Shown in pieces: positions 1-13,802 of a stretch of 64,000 nt of DNA (its first letter is position 1; every line of letters starts with the position of its first letter). Both the position numbers and the translations under genes were made by a program. The stretch comes from Paraspadella gotoi (taxonomy: Eukaryota > Animalia > Chaetognatha). The notes below the pieces were generated by a model, which saw only the letters and a list, made by a program, of their open reading frames with translations, made no database searches and had not been told where the DNA came from. The stretch spans positions 4,296,161 to 4,360,160 of the forward strand of contig CM119263.1 in assembly GCA_051294375.1 (NCBI GenBank). The letters are read 5' to 3'.

Positions 1-1224
1 TATAAATACCAAAACAAACAACATATTTTGTACAAATATGTTTATCTCATTCATTTCCAGCAGATTTTCAAATTGTCATATCGTAGAATTTTTGTTGGAC
101 AAAATATTTTTTTATATATTATTCAATATTCATGTATTGATAGAAAAATCGCAATATATATATTATATACATTATTGTTTACTTTAAAACGAAAGAACCA
201 TCAATTCATGAAACTAGAATTATCAATTCTTCTCGTGTAAATCAATCGCATCATATGCAAACTAGATTAAAGAAACTAAGTCTCATTCAATCCAACCTTC
301 AACTCCATTTCATTCTGCGCCGCAAAATAACTTGTCTTTCCTTTCGCATTCTGATCCGCGCCTTCCCTCCATTTATCAGATTCAACTCACCCGATCTTTT
401 TCATTTTATTCATTTATTTTCTCAATCGTATTCATTCGTTTTCATTCGTGGGTTTTTTCATCCTTTTCATTCACGAGTTTTTCCCATCACGTTGATTCAT
501 TTTCTCCATTTTTCATTCGCCCAATTGTATTCATTCTTCATCTCATATCATCCAGATGCATTATTTCCCTCATCTTTCGATCCGAGGACTCGTTTCCCTT
601 TTCTCTCTTAATCCGAACCCAATCCAAAGCGTCGTGCTTCCTTTTATTTCCAAAAAGGTCCTCCTCGACCAAGCAAGGGACCAAGCTCACAGTTTCGCCT
701 TAACCAAGCTCAAAAGTCAAATATAATCTCCACCCCGCATTCTTCCTAAGCCAATCCACGTTTCTCTTTCGATTCCCCAAAGGATTAAGAATCAAATCTG
801 AAACAAAACAAGAAAAGAAGAGAAAATCTATTTTTATCTCGTTGTTGTTTTGTTTTGTTCCTCTTTAATTTGTTTGTTCTTTTGTTTGTTCTTCTTATCC
901 GAGAAAACCACTCATCGGTCGGGACTTCGAGATTTTGATGTTCGTTTTCTTTTTTTTTTGTTTCTTTAATCTTTTATTCTTCTTATCTCCTTCTTCTCAT
1001 TCTACTTCTCCTTCTTCTTCTGCTTCTTTATTTCATTGTTTGTTTTCTCTGTCTCCTTCTTCGTCTTTTTCAATCTTTTTATTCCTCCTCTCCTGGATAT
1101 TTGATTTTGTAATATTCTTTTCTTTCTAGTTATATCTATTGCTCTCATTTAATAGATTAATTAATTTTTTTATTATTTCTTTTGTCGTTTAGTTTCTTTT
1201 TCACGTAAAATTTTCGTAATTTTA

Positions 1225-1430
1225 TAGAGGGTACTAAGTGGGCGGAGGGCCGTAACTTTAGCCAACTCGTCAGCGATAGAAGGAATTTTAGACTTGAAAG
1301 TTGAAACCATGCTGCTCCGTAGGAAATCTCCCGGCCTGGAAATGACCACACGATTTCATGGTCTTTAGCCGGTTTTACTCATAGTCACGACTAAGGAATG
1401 ATGGCTGCCTATCAAGGTGTCTATGAGAAA
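1225..1430 (-). mobile_element. Degenerate SINE-like element, probably related to the 41958-42230 element
   Basis: GC-richer island in AT-rich DNA. Colinear patchy similarity to 41960-42200: ccggcctggaaatgacc vs ccgggttgggattgaacc; cacgactaaggaatga vs cacgactgaagatga; ccgtaactt vs ccgcaactt. Confidence 0.35.
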
Positions 1431-2857
1431 TCATCGCGACTAGTTTTCTTTCTTTTTATTTTACCATTATTTTTAGGATTGGAATACAAATAAACAAATA
1501 AAAAAAAAGAATAGACAAAAAATATATTAAATGTTAATTACGAGCCTGCAATCGAAAACATCAGTTATAAAAATGTGACCTTGAGGATTGGCAAATTCGG
1601 GATAGAAAAGGATCGATTCGTCTCTACCTCCCTCCCTCCTCCTCCCTCCTTCTCTTTCCTCGCTCTCTTCTTCTCTCTCCTCCTCTCTCTTCCTCGATTC
1701 GTCTCTACCTCCCTCCTCCCTCCTTCTATTCCTTCTCCTTCCTCGCGCTCTTCTTCTCTCTCCTCTTCTCTCTTCTTCTTTCGTTCAATTAAAAAAAAAT
1801 CGTAGTTGAATATCCGTTGGGTGAAAAAAAAAGTGTTGAACAAATCATTTGACAAATCGAATTATATCGACGACTTAAAGACAGGAAGGAGAAAGAGAGA
1901 GGGGGAGGAGGAGGAGGAGGGAGAGAGAGAGAAAGAGAGAGAGAGAGACGGTTTCTTGGTCGTGTCATTTACTTTCTCGATCCTCGTTCCATGACTCACT
2001 GAATGACTGACTGACTGAATGACTGAATCATCAATTTGCAATTGAATTCGCTCATTTACCTCTTGCACTTTTGCTTTCTCGTTCAATCACCCCATCGGAC
2101 AATTGACTTTAAGCTGAGACTCACGTCTCTCTCTCTCTCTCGTTTCTCATTCTCTGTCTCTCTCTCTCTCTCTCTCCTCTCTCTCCCTCTCTCTCTCTCA
2201 TGCTCGGTCTCCTCTCTCTCTCTCTCTCTCTCATCTCTTTTCTCTCTCTCTCTCAGTCCTCTCTCTCCCTCATCCTCCTCTCTCTCAGCCTCCCTCTCTT
2301 CTCGGTGCAATCTTCTAGCATTCTCCCCCACACTTATTGGACTTTCATTATTATTTTTCATCACTTTTTATCATTTTTAAAATGTTTTCACTTTTTACTC
2401 CAAAAACATAAATAAATTTTTCTCTTTTCGTCATCGTCATTCGTTTTAATCGGTTATACAGGATAAATACTTCGTTTTAAACGAATTTTTCACTTCATTT
2501 TTTTTTCTTNNNNNNNNNNNNNNNNNNNNNNNNNNNNNNNNNNNNNNNNNNNNNNNNNNNNNNNNNNNNNNNNNNNNNNNNNNNNNNNNNNNNNNNNNNN
2601 NNNNNNNNNNNNNNNNNNNNNNNNNNNNNNNNNNNNNNNNNNNNNNNNNNNNNNNNNNNNNNNNNNNNNNNNNNNNNNNNNNNNNNNNNNNNNNNNNNNN
2701 NNNNNNNNNNNNNNNNNNNNNNNNNNNNTTTTGTCATTTTTGCTGGTTTATTAGATTTTTAACGTTTCGCGCCACCTTAGCTATCATCAAAATCTCATCG
2801 ATCAACGAATCCCAACCAATTTCAAGTTTTTGACAGATTACACATGACCTTAGCGAA

Positions 2858-2983
<126 letters not shown>

Positions 2984-3207
2984 GGACGACGAAGAGGAAG
3001 AGGAAGAGGAAGACGTCGACGACAACGACAACGACGACGAAGAGTTATTTTTTAAACCTCGAAATCTGAGGTCGGAGTTTAAAGTTTGAAATCTTCGGAT
3101 CACAAAATCAGAAATAAATTCGATGTTTTCTTCTGTAAATTAAAAATCTAAAGCTGCCGGTTGTTTTTGTTATTGTCATTCGTCATCATCGTCGTCGTAA
3201 AGTTGTC

Positions 3208-3273
3208 ATTGACCCGGCCATTGACCCGGCCATTGTCACGGCCATTGTCACGGCCATTGACACGGCCATTGAC
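3208..3273 (+). repeat. 12-bp minisatellite (TTGACCCGGCCA/TTGTCACGGCCA), about 5 copies
   Basis: Direct inspection. Confidence 0.9.
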
Positions 3274-3347
3274 TTGGATTTATGTCCTCGTTGTCACGCG
3301 TTTCGGAATCTTTAATTTTCCATTTTCAATCAAGCTTCATTTGCTGG

Positions 3348-3610
3348 AAATAAAAAACGCTCGCTGTCTCAAAAACTCGTTGTCTGCGAAACCAAAACAC
3401 TCCCCGTCTTCACAACGCTTATCGAACGCTAAAAAAAAATGCTCGCAGTCTCAAAAACTTTCTCCGGCCACCAGATAAGAACGCTCGCTGTCTCAAAAGC
3501 TCTCGCCGCCCGAGAGATAAAAACGCTCGCTATCTCAAAAACTCTCTCCGGGCGCCAGATAAAAACGCTCGCTATCTCAAAAACTCTCTCCGGGCGCCAG
3601 ATAAATACGT
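3348..3610 (+). repeat. ~42-bp minisatellite (ATAAAAACGCTCGCTATCTCAAAAACTCTCTCCGGGCGCCAG), about 6 degenerate copies
   Basis: AACGCTCGCT(G/A)TCTCAAAA recurs at regular spacing; the last two units are near-identical. Confidence 0.85.
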
Positions 3611-3836
3611 GTTCACAAGAGTCTCTCAGTCCGTTCGTTGCACTCTCGCTAATGGCGCCACAAAAAAAAAGGAAAAAGAAAAAGAAAAAAAAGAGAAAAA
3701 AAAAGAAGAAAAAAAAAAGAGGCTGAGATAAAAAGTGTCACGTCCCTTCGTTTTTCTTTTCACGCGAGGCGCGCGGACGAACGTGACAGTCGTGACATTG
3801 TGACACGAAACACGTGACACGAGAGAGAAAGAGAGA

Positions 3837-3903
<67 letters not shown>

Positions 3904-4199
3904 CGCAATTTTGACGTAAAAAGTGCAACGAGTTTCTTTTTCTTGTTCTCGACGCGTGACTTTCGGCTTTCGTCTTTTTTTTCAATTTTTTTCCTTTCGT
4001 GCTCTGCTTTTTCTTCACTCCCACAGTTTGTTCTCTCTTTTCACTCCCCTTCGCTCTCCTCTCCTCTCTTCCACTCTCTCACTACCCCCAGTCCCCCCCC
4101 CACGAACGCCGCGATCTCACCGCCCCTCTTTATCCCTCGGGCGTTTTCTGGGGTTACGCTCGGCACGGGAGTCGGAATGTGACAAGAATTCGGGAGAGG

Positions 4200-4380
4200 A
4201 GAAAAGAAAAGAAAAGATAAGAAGAGAAGAGAAGAAAAGAGAAGAGAAGAGAAGAGAAGAGAAGAGAAGAGAAGAGAAGAGAAGAGAAGAGAAGAGAAGA
4301 GAAGAGAAGAGAAGAGAATAGAAGAGAAGAGAATGGAAGAGAAGAGAGGTGAAGAGAAGAGAAGAGAAGAAAAGAGAAAA
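4200..4380 (+). repeat. (AGAAG)n pentanucleotide microsatellite
   Basis: Direct inspection. Confidence 0.95.
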
Positions 4381-4992
4381 ATTGAAGAAAATGAAAAAAA
4401 GAAAATTAACATCGAGTAAATTGATAAGTAATTAATTTTTTCTCCGCCAACAAAATTTATCGATGATAATTTTCCTTTTAACTTTCCCTAACTCACCCGA
4501 TCGAGTTTGAACTCACCTCAGGCGAGATGATTGCGAATTTATTCATGGATCTTCTGGTACAGTGAATCAAGCGAAAACTTATCCGTGAGTACCGGTTATA
4601 ATTTTATATTATCACCAATACGAAATATTCTCCTATTAAATGATATTTAGTTGGTACATTTACGAATTTTTTATTTCACTACCGACATAACGTCTACAAA
4701 CAATTTCATATTTTTCTACTGGAGTTAACAATATTTATAATTATAATTATAATTTTAATTATAATTAACAATAATTACGTACCATAATTGTCTGAGTAAA
4801 ATTCACTGTAATCTGCCAATAGTCTAAATAGTCTGTCTCGATTTTGTGAAGCCATTTTATTTCTGAAATCAAAAAGACAAATTTGCATTCATTTCTTGTG
4901 CATGAAACTTCCAAGTTTTCTTTTGTGAGATGTGCAGTTTTTAAATTCAAATTATTTTTTCGCATTCAACATTTCAATGCTTTTTTTTTCTC

Positions 4993-5031
<39 letters not shown>

Positions 5032-5660
5032 AGACTGCACCCCCGAGCATCACCTCTCCTTGCCTATTGTATCCAGAAACCACCTTGACATATAAAAAAT
5101 AAAGAAACTCGGCTCTCGGTCATTAATTCATTTATCGGCGTCCGCATCGTCTTCCTAATTCGCAACAATTAACCGAAACCAAATCAAACCTCATTTTTCT
5201 TGCGTTAGATTGTTGAGGAGATGAGCAGAGAGAGTCGGAGAGAAGAGAGAGAGAGAGAAGAGGTTTTCTTTTTTTTCATAAGAAAAAGAAAAATTAGTAA
5301 AATTGAACGCAGCAATAAAACATTAAAAAATTCGTTGTTTTTCATAAGAAAGTTGATTTTAGGAAAATGTGATTCCGGAGTAAATGTATGAGGAATAAAG
5401 GAAGAAGATCGATTCAGTTTAGAAAATAACTGCTAAGGGGGGTTGGGCGGTGGGGGTGTCCAAAGTCCTTAAATCTGTTCTCACTCGATTCTATGTAATT
5501 ATATTCAAAAAAGGTTTTTTCTTTAACAAAAAAAAACAATGTTGGGTTTGAAATCCGATTCCTGGATGAATCCCGAGCCTCGCCGGGTTGATAGAGAGAG
5601 AGGAGAGAGAGACGAGAGAGAGAGAGAGAGAGATGATGAGAGAGAGAGAAGAGAGATAGA

Positions 5661-5691
<31 letters not shown>

Positions 5692-8579
5692 CCCGTTTGA
5701 TGATTCGTAATCTTCGTCGGAGGAATTTCGTCATTGATTGACGAGGAATCGAATGCCGATCGATCGAACGAAAAGTAACAGAGAAATAGAGAGAGAAATG
5801 TGACGGTAAATGAAACAAAATGTGAAAAAAAGTAAATAAAATGTGAATTAAAAAAATGAATTAAAATGCGAACAAGAATTTAAATCCAGACGTAATCTAG
5901 TGATTTCTGTGAAGTTTGAATAAAAAATAAAATTAATCTTAAATAGATTCTTAAATAATTTGGCGTTTAAAAATGTGAACAATCACAAGTGAAAAAGAAA
6001 TAAAAAATAAATTTTGCCTTATTATTAAAAAAAATGTTAATTTGAGCATAAAAGGTAAAGAAAAAGAATCTTGTATTCATATTTTAATCATCTTCTGATT
6101 CGACAGAAAGCTAATTCAAAGCATCAAAAGCAAAAGAGAAAATGAAAGTGACCAAAACGCGAAAGAACATAATCTCTCTCTCTCTCTCTCTCTCTCNNNN
6201 NNNNNNNNNNNNNNNNNNNNNNNNNNNNNNNNNNNNNNNNNNNNNNNNNNNNNNNNNNNNNNNNNNNNNNNNNNNNNNNNNNNNNNNNNNNNNNNNNNNN
6301 NNNNNNNNNNNNNNNNNNNNNNNNNNNNNNNNNNNNNNNNNNNNNNNNNNNNNNNNNNNNNNNNNNNNNNNNNNNNNNNNNNNNNNNNNNNNNNNNNNNN
6401 NNNNNNNNNNNNNNNNNNNNNNNNNNNNNNNNNNNNNNNNNNNNNNNNNNNNNNNNNNNNNNNNNNNNNNNNNNNNNNNNNNNNNNNNNNNNNNNNNNNN
6501 NNNNNNNNNNNNNNNNNNNNNNNNNNNNNNNNNNNNNNNNNNNNNNNNNNNNNNNNNNNNNNNNNNNNNNNNNNNNNNNNNNNNNNNNNNNNNNNNNNNN
6601 NNNNNNNNNNNNNNNNNNNNNNNNNNNNNNNNNNNNNNNNNNNNNNNNNNNNNNNNNNNNNNNNNNNNNNNNNNNNNNNNNNNNNNNNNNNNNNNNNNNN
6701 NNNNNNNNNNNNNNNNNNNNNNCCCTTCCTCCCTCTCCACTTCATCTCTCAGCCTTAATTCGTTTGTTCCAGTTAATTAACCTTTTTTCGAAAATTGTTC
6801 AGCTGCGTCTTCGAATTCAAAGAGTCGCTGCGTCAGCTTCCGGAAAACGGAAAGTCGGCGGCGTCGGCCGGGGCGGCGGCGGCGGCTGCTCTGTCTGAAT
6901 CGGCGGCGGCGGCGGCGGCGGCGGCGAAAAAACCTCTCGATTTTGTTGGGGTTGATGAAGTTTAGGAAAAAAAGAGGTTTTAGGTGAGGTCTAAGTTTGG
7001 GGTGAGGTTTTCTCGTTTATGATATTTGAGAGACTTGATGGTTTGAGTCGATTTTGGATTCGAGAGATGAGAACCGAAGGGTAAGTTTGATAATTAGTGG
7101 CATTATTCCTCAGAGGATTAAGTCACTAATGGAATTATTTCTCAGAGGAGTAAGTCACTAATGAATTATTCCTCAGTGGAATGAAAAACGATCACAAGGT
7201 AAGGAAAATAATTGCAAAAGGAAGAAGAGAAGCAAAAGAAAGAGCAAGATAGCGGAAAAAGGATCCAACAGGAGAGAAATTGTGAGAAAACAGAGAAAAG
7301 CTGTGACGATTTGTGAGAAAAAAAGTCACAAATACAAATTTCGGTATGAAATTCCACCAAATTTTGTTTTGACTTCTTTAAAAAAAATTGGAGATTAAGT
7401 CGGAAAAATGACTGAAAACTTTTTTTTCTTTTTTTCTTTACAAAAAGAATTTTTTAAAAAAATTTTTCTTTTTTTTCCGCGAATCCAAAAATTCCATTTT
7501 TGAAGATGAAAAAAATTCCATCAACAATTTTTCTTGCAGTTTTCACCATCAACTTTGTCATCATAAAAAAAAACAACATCAGTTCAGAAATTCCTTCAAC
7601 GACGTAATCACAAAGGATGACAATCCATAACGGATGACGCAAACCCCTGCAATGGCTCCAAAGCTACCGCCAACAGCAGCAGGAAACAGCAAGAAAAAGC
7701 GAAAACGCCTAAGCCATTGATGAATGCAACGCAAATGAGTCATCAATGGTTGTAGTTGGTATTTCTCTCTGTTTGGTCTTCGATCTTAGTCCCAAGTCTC
7801 GAGTCTCCTTCTGGTTTGTTTATCAGTTTCCATTTCAGAGATTTTTTTTTAAAACGAAGTTTGTTTTCTCTCTCATGTTGATCATTGAAGACGTTAGCTT
7901 CATCAGCATCAACAACACCGTCCTTTTAGAGTTCGTAAATACTAGATCGTCGTCGTCGTACGTCGTCATGTCGTCTTCGGTATTCATAAAGAGGGCGATC
8001 CACCCAGCCTCAAGCATTAGGAGGGGATCGACCGCCTGCAGCTGTCGCCTTCTCTCTCTCTCCTCTGTCTCGCTCATAGGCCAGGTTCTGCGATAGTCAT
8101 CTCAATCTCAAGTCTCAAGGATCGTTCACTCTTCTCTCGGTCTCTATCGAGATATCTCCTCTCTCTCTATCTGCTTGCATTTTTAGGTTCTTGTTTTCGC
8201 TCATGTCGACTATTTGCCATTCGTTTCACTATATAACACGTATTCTTCTCACATCGCTTACAATTTTCCATAACATCTCCTTCCGATCACCTTCCCATCT
8301 CATTTCCATCTTTGCCCTCCTTGTTTTCCCATCTCCTTCCCATCTTCTTTCTATCTCCTTCCCATCTCATTTCTATCTTTGCCCTCCTGGTTTTGACCTT
8401 TCCTTGACATCTAATTCTCCATATTATTCCCATCTCCTTACCATCCTCTTTCTATCTCTTTCCCATCACCTTCCCATCTCATTTCCATCTTTGCCCGCCT
8501 CGTCTTCCCGTCTCCTTTCCTCTCGTTCCGCCCTCGACTTTCCAGATTCAGATGAGCAGCGAATTTAAGCTCAAAAAAC

Positions 8580-8963
8580 TCATCGTCGTCGTCTTCGTCA
8601 TCGTCGTCTTCATCGTCGTCGTCTTCATCGTCGTCGTAGTTTTCATCGACGTCGTCGCGGTCATCTTCGTCGTAATCGTCGTCGCTACCGTCGACGTCGT
8701 TGTTGTCGTCGTCGTTATCTTTGTCATTATCGTCAAAGTTGTCGAAACGTTCAACTTAGTCTTTTGTGTCATCATTGTTGTCATTGTCGCCGTCTTCGTC
8801 ATCTTCTTATTCTTCCATGTCGTCGTCGTCGTCGTTGTCAGCCGAATCCTCATGGTAATCATGGCGCCTCGGGTCGCGAGCGCCACCCACGTCTTAAATA
8901 CGTCTTCAAAGTTGAACCCCTACTGAAACGAGGCATTATCATCATCATCATCATCATCATCAT

Positions 8964-9017
<54 letters not shown>
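8580..9017. repeat. Degenerate (GTC)n tract followed by a near-perfect (ATC)n tract
   Basis: Direct inspection; explains the poly-V, poly-T and poly-I pseudo-ORFs. Confidence 0.95.
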
Positions 9018-9356
9018 GTTATGTCACCTTTACTTAACTAATTACTTCATCAAATTAAACGTACAAATATTTTTTTAATTAAGTTAATTTAAATTTTCTT
9101 TTTAGAATTTGACATCGCGAAAAAAATCAAACTATTCGTTGACGTCATTTTAACGTCAATTGACGTCACGCCAGTCCCACGTCAACGAAAAAACGATTTC
9201 AAATAGAGAAAAGAAATTACCAACGATTTCTCTCTTCATTTCTCTCGACGAAAATAATAAAAAAAAAGAAAAAAGAAAAGAAAAGAAATAAACGAAATCT
9301 CGAAATTATCAACGCGCCATCTATCGCCAGACAACGTCAACTTTCGTATCGACGAG

Positions 9357-10530
9357 ATGCGGCGACATCCGGTAGACGACGACGGTTTTAAGGCGGCGCT
9401 CTTTGACGCCCGCGACGCTCACCGAAACGACGCCGCCGACGACGACGAAAACGAAGTCGGCGTTTTCCGAAAATTCGAGTTCACGCCGGGTCGTGGCGCC
9501 GGCGCCTGCGCTACGGGTCCCCCGGCGTCGACGCCGTCGCCGACCCGAAACCGGCGCGCCGTCTCCTTAGCGAGGACGCAACCTCCCAAAAATTTCCATT
9601 CGAAATCAGTTTTCTCTCGTTTGGAGGAAGTTTTCTCCTGCTCCTCCTCCTCCTCCTCCTCCTCCTTTCCTCAGCCCCTCTCCACCATCTCCTTCCTCGC
9701 TCGTCCAATCCTCTCTCTGTCGGCTTCGATCTTTACCGACATCCGGTCCATCTTGACCGAACAACTCGCATCCTTCGATCCGAGTTTGGCCGAAGTAAAG
9801 ATTAACTCGACGACTTTACCGACGAATACGTCGTCTTCTACGGCCGACACACCTCGACGATCCCATCGAGACTCTAAGACGCCTTCCCATCGACTGCCGC
9901 CTCGCAGCAGCAGGATCAGCAACAGCAGCAGCAGCATCTTCGGCCGCCGAATCGTCGCAGGCAGCATTCGCCGTAGCGAAGGAGGGAAAGTTCGCCGCAT
10001 TCGCCGCAGATCGAGTGGAATCCACGGCGATCGCCGCAGCATCGTCTATCGTCGACGACTCGGCGTTCTTAAACTCGTCTTTGATAGCATGGGATCCGAT
10101 GACATCGACTCTGATTGTAACGACAATGACTGCATTGACTCCGATTGCATAGTCTCTGATTGCATCCACTCTGATTATAAGAACCCTGACTGCATTGACT
10201 CTGATTGTAACGACTCTGATTGCATCGACTCTGACTGCCTCGTCTTCGATCGCATCTCCGCCGACCGCAACCGTTCAACGTCCAAAAATCCCCGCCTTTC
10301 ATCCTCCGAACCAAAAATCGACGCCGAATCTAAAATTTTCGTCGGCGTCGAAAGAGGCGCTAAATCCGACGCTAGATGCGGCGCCGCGACGAAGGATTGC
10401 GGCGCTAAATCCGACGCTAGATGCAGCGCCGCGACGAAGGATTGCGGCGCTAAATCCGGCGCGGCATGGTTTCTTCCGGCGCTGCTGGTGCTGCTCGTCA
10501 ACTTCGTCGCCGACGTCGATGCGGCAAAGG
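9357..10530 (+). CDS. Probable first coding exon of a secreted or cell-surface protein; ends in a signal-peptide-like segment, true start uncertain
   Basis: Longest clean ORF in the window (408 aa) and GC-rich. It ends ...AAWFLPALLVLLVNFVADVDAAK-G, directly followed by a consensus donor G|GTGAGT at 10531 (phase 1). Possible acceptor TTTTCTTTTTAG at 9105. Confidence 0.55.
10100..10240 (+). repeat. 15-bp coding repeat (GACTCTGATTGCATC, DSDCI-type), about 9 copies; a 45-bp duplication (GAKSDARCxAATKDC) follows at ~10356-10460
   Basis: Visible in both the DNA and the ORF translation. Confidence 0.9.
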
Positions 10531-11084
10531 GTGAGTTACTTTTGAGGGAACTTACCACGGGCAATATTTATAGTATTGTCTAAAATATTATTTTGTATTA
10601 CTTAGTTTTATTCGTAACAACTTTATTTTAGCAGCTATATCTGTGCTGTCCTCTTTGGAATTTACGATTAAATCACGATGGTTTCGTCCTCAGCGATTTA
10701 CTTTTTATTACCATAAATAGTACATTTTAAAAATTTTATTAACGATTTATTAAGCTCAGTAGGGAACAAACTATAAATGCGAGGTGAAGTTCTTGCAACA
10801 AGAAAAATTACGCAAAATAGATTGTAGCATCGAAGCATCTTACTTGATCTTCTATCTTCCTTGCGGTATAATTAATTATACATTATTATTAAATTTGGAC
10901 TTAATCTCCTTTCGATCCGCGGATGTGAAAAGGGATTTGATTTTTTGTGAAGTGAAAATCGAGTCTCGCGTCGGTGACTCTTCGTCCCCGACGGCGACGG
11001 GACGCAGAGAAAAAAAATTTAAAAGAACAAAAAATAAAAAAGAAGAACAAAAAAGAACCAAAAAGAACAAAAAAGAACAAAAAA

Positions 11085-11398
11085 GGGCCTTATTTTCCCA
11101 GAGCGCCGATTTTGGAACAATTTGGAATTGAATTAATCTTTTTTTAAAATTAGGGAATAGGCAAAGAATTATGTTAGTGAGGTTAGAGATTTGGTTAGTG
11201 ATTAGGGTTATGGGTTAAAAGTTAGGTTAGGAATTAAGGATAAGGTTAAGGTTAAGAAATAGGTTAAGGTTAAAGGGATTAGGCATTATTGTTAGATATT
11301 GAGATATAGGTTTAAAAATATAGTCAGGTTTAATATTATGCTTAAAATTGAATGCGGGGTCAAAGGAACAGAAATGGGGCATTCTCGGAAAAGAGAAC
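11085..11398. mobile_element. MITE-like element with TIRs and a degenerate TTAGGG-like interior
   Basis: Left end GGGCCTTATTTTCCCAGAGCGCC, right end GGGGCATTCTCGGAAAAGAGAAC, interior ggttag/gattagggtta. Same layout at 25046-25427. Confidence 0.6.
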
Positions 11399-11821
11399 TG
11401 AAAACTATTTTTGGTTAAAAAAAAAAAAAATAAATCTGAATCATCCGTTTAGTTTTTTTTGGGGAGAAAAACTAACAAGGAATAGAAATTCGAGGGAAAA
11501 AAATCTGAAAAAGAAATATTGGTTAGACTTAAGTTTTTTCGGAAAGAGAGATGAACATGTGATGTCTGTCTGTCTGTCTATCTGTCTCATTGTCTCTCTG
11601 TCTGTCTGTCCCTCAGCGTCAAATGCGGCAAAGATGTTTACCCAAGGAACACACATCCCGAAAATAAATTTAACTTTGACTATCGCCGACTTTCCGATAT
11701 CAAGACTTTAATGGTCGTAATGGTTGGACGATTTAAATTGTTAAGGTTAAGTGGAAAAGCTTTGTCCTTCCGTAAAAAAAAATAAGAGGGGAAAGTTTGT
11801 TTTTCGTCGAATTGGCTCCAC

Positions 11822-11940
<119 letters not shown>

Positions 11941-12442
11941 TTACCCAGAGTCCCGAAAAAATCTTAAAGCCCGAATCAATTGCCCCCTTAAAGAATGCAG
12001 CAAAGTTTTTTTTTCGAGGATTATTTGAGATTTCGAGAATCGACGGACCGATGGATGGACGGATGGACGGATAGACGGATCGGACACAAGAGCCTCAGGG
12101 TTGCGATGTTAAACAAACAAGGAAAAAATGTTTTTTCAAGGTTCATTCTTTTTTTTATTTTTAAACTTTATTATTATTTTGGTTTTTTTTATATCAGAAA
12201 TAGAGGATATGTACTATGTACTATGTACTATCTAGGAAAAAAAGTATATCACATAAATGTTGAAAAGTTTATTGATTTAATAAAAATATATAAGATATTG
12301 GTAAAATATGTTTATTATTTATTATGCCCAGTGAAAAGAGAGAAATCTGTTTTGGTTTGCGCCTTGCGATGCACAGTAATTAATGATTATCGCGTTATTA
12401 ACACAAAAGTCGTTGCACTAGCCGAACAACTTTACCTCAGAG

Positions 12443-12979
12443 ATAATAAAGAATAGACAACTACTCTCAACAATCAAATAATAAAGAGGCAATAGACAAT
12501 ACTTCAACAATCAAATAATTAAGAGCAAAGACAAACTACTATCAACAAATCAAATAATAAAGAGCATAGACAACTACTTCAACAACAAATAATAAGTGAG
12601 GCATAGACAACATACTTTCAACAATTCAAATAATAAAGAGCAATAGACAACTACTTCAAACAATCAATAATATATTGTTGTACAATCATAATAAAGAGCA
12701 TTAGACAATACTTCAAACAATCAAATAAATAAAGAGGCATAGACACTACTTCAACAATCAAATAATAAAGAGCATAGACAACTACTTAACAAATCAATAA
12801 TAAAGAGCATAGACAACTACTCAACAACAAATTAATAAAAGAGCATAGACAATACTTCAACAATTCAATAATAAAGAGCATAGAAACTATTTCAACAATC
12901 AAATAATAAAGGAGCCATAGACAACTACTTCATCAATCAAATAATAAAGAGCAAAGACAACTACTTCACAATCAAATAA
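12443..12979 (+). repeat. Tandem array of ~14 x 36 bp (ATAAAGAGCATAGACAACTACTTCAACAATCAAATA)
   Basis: Counted by eye. Units differ mostly by 1-2 nt indels and have no unique spacers. Confidence 0.95.
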
Positions 12980-12989
12980 ACGGGCTCTA

Positions 12990-13802
12990 AAGCTAAATAA
13001 AGCTAAAATTTCATCAGAACAATTTTTTCAAGGGAAATAAACATATAATAAATGTAAATCATAAAAAGCATATTTTTCCAAATACTAAGAATAAAGGTTA
13101 GTATTTCTTTTACTGAGAAAGATTTTAAGATTGTCCTCAACTTTATTTTAGATAATGTTTTTGTCCAGAATTGGCTCCCTAATATATAAACAAACTTAGA
13201 ATACAATTGGGACTTAGATTTCTGGTCAAGATATTTGCTAATATGTTGTTATTTTTATTTTGAGATTCAACATATATGGAAAATATGACAAAAACATAAT
13301 TTAGGAATGCTAGACAATTTAAAAATTGCTCAAGATATATTGATGACCTTTTTTCAGCCGATTTTAAGGATTTTAATATGCATCTGCCAACATATATCCA
13401 GCAGCCTTTACTGTCAATAAATCTAATAGTACAGATACAATTGTAGATTATTTAGACATAAACATTAAATCGAAAAACAAAAAATCTACTCTGTCTGTTT
13501 ATGATAAAAGGGATTCCTTTTCTTTTGAAGTAGTAATACCCAAATATATGGACAGTTTGTATTTCCTAAAAAAAGCAGCACCTAGGTGTATTTATTAGCC
13601 AATTAATAAGATATGCAAGAAATTTCGACGTTTACAGATTTTTCTTCAATAGCTATAAAATTTAGCCAAAAAAACTACAAAGTCAGAGTTATTATTTAAG
13701 GACTTAAGAAAAATGGAATTAAATTTTTCAATAATAACAGGAGCTAATAAAAAAATATAATGTTACTGATGTTATCTATTTCAAAAAAAGATTATACATG
13801 AT
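12990..13802 (+). pseudogene. Frameshifted Penelope-like reverse transcriptase (palm and thumb)
   Basis: Manual translation: LNFILDNVFV..G..IYKQT; RYIDDLF (YIDD at 13336-13347); VDYLDINI; SVYDKRDSFSFEVV (YDKRD at 13500-13514); ISQLIRYAR; LIKKYN. The YDKRD...SQLIRYAR thumb is characteristic of Naiad-like PLEs. Confidence 0.85.

Noticed and set aside
12443-12979. 36-bp repeats as a CRISPR array
   Set aside because: Units are head-to-tail with no unique spacers, there are no cas genes, and the context is eukaryotic.
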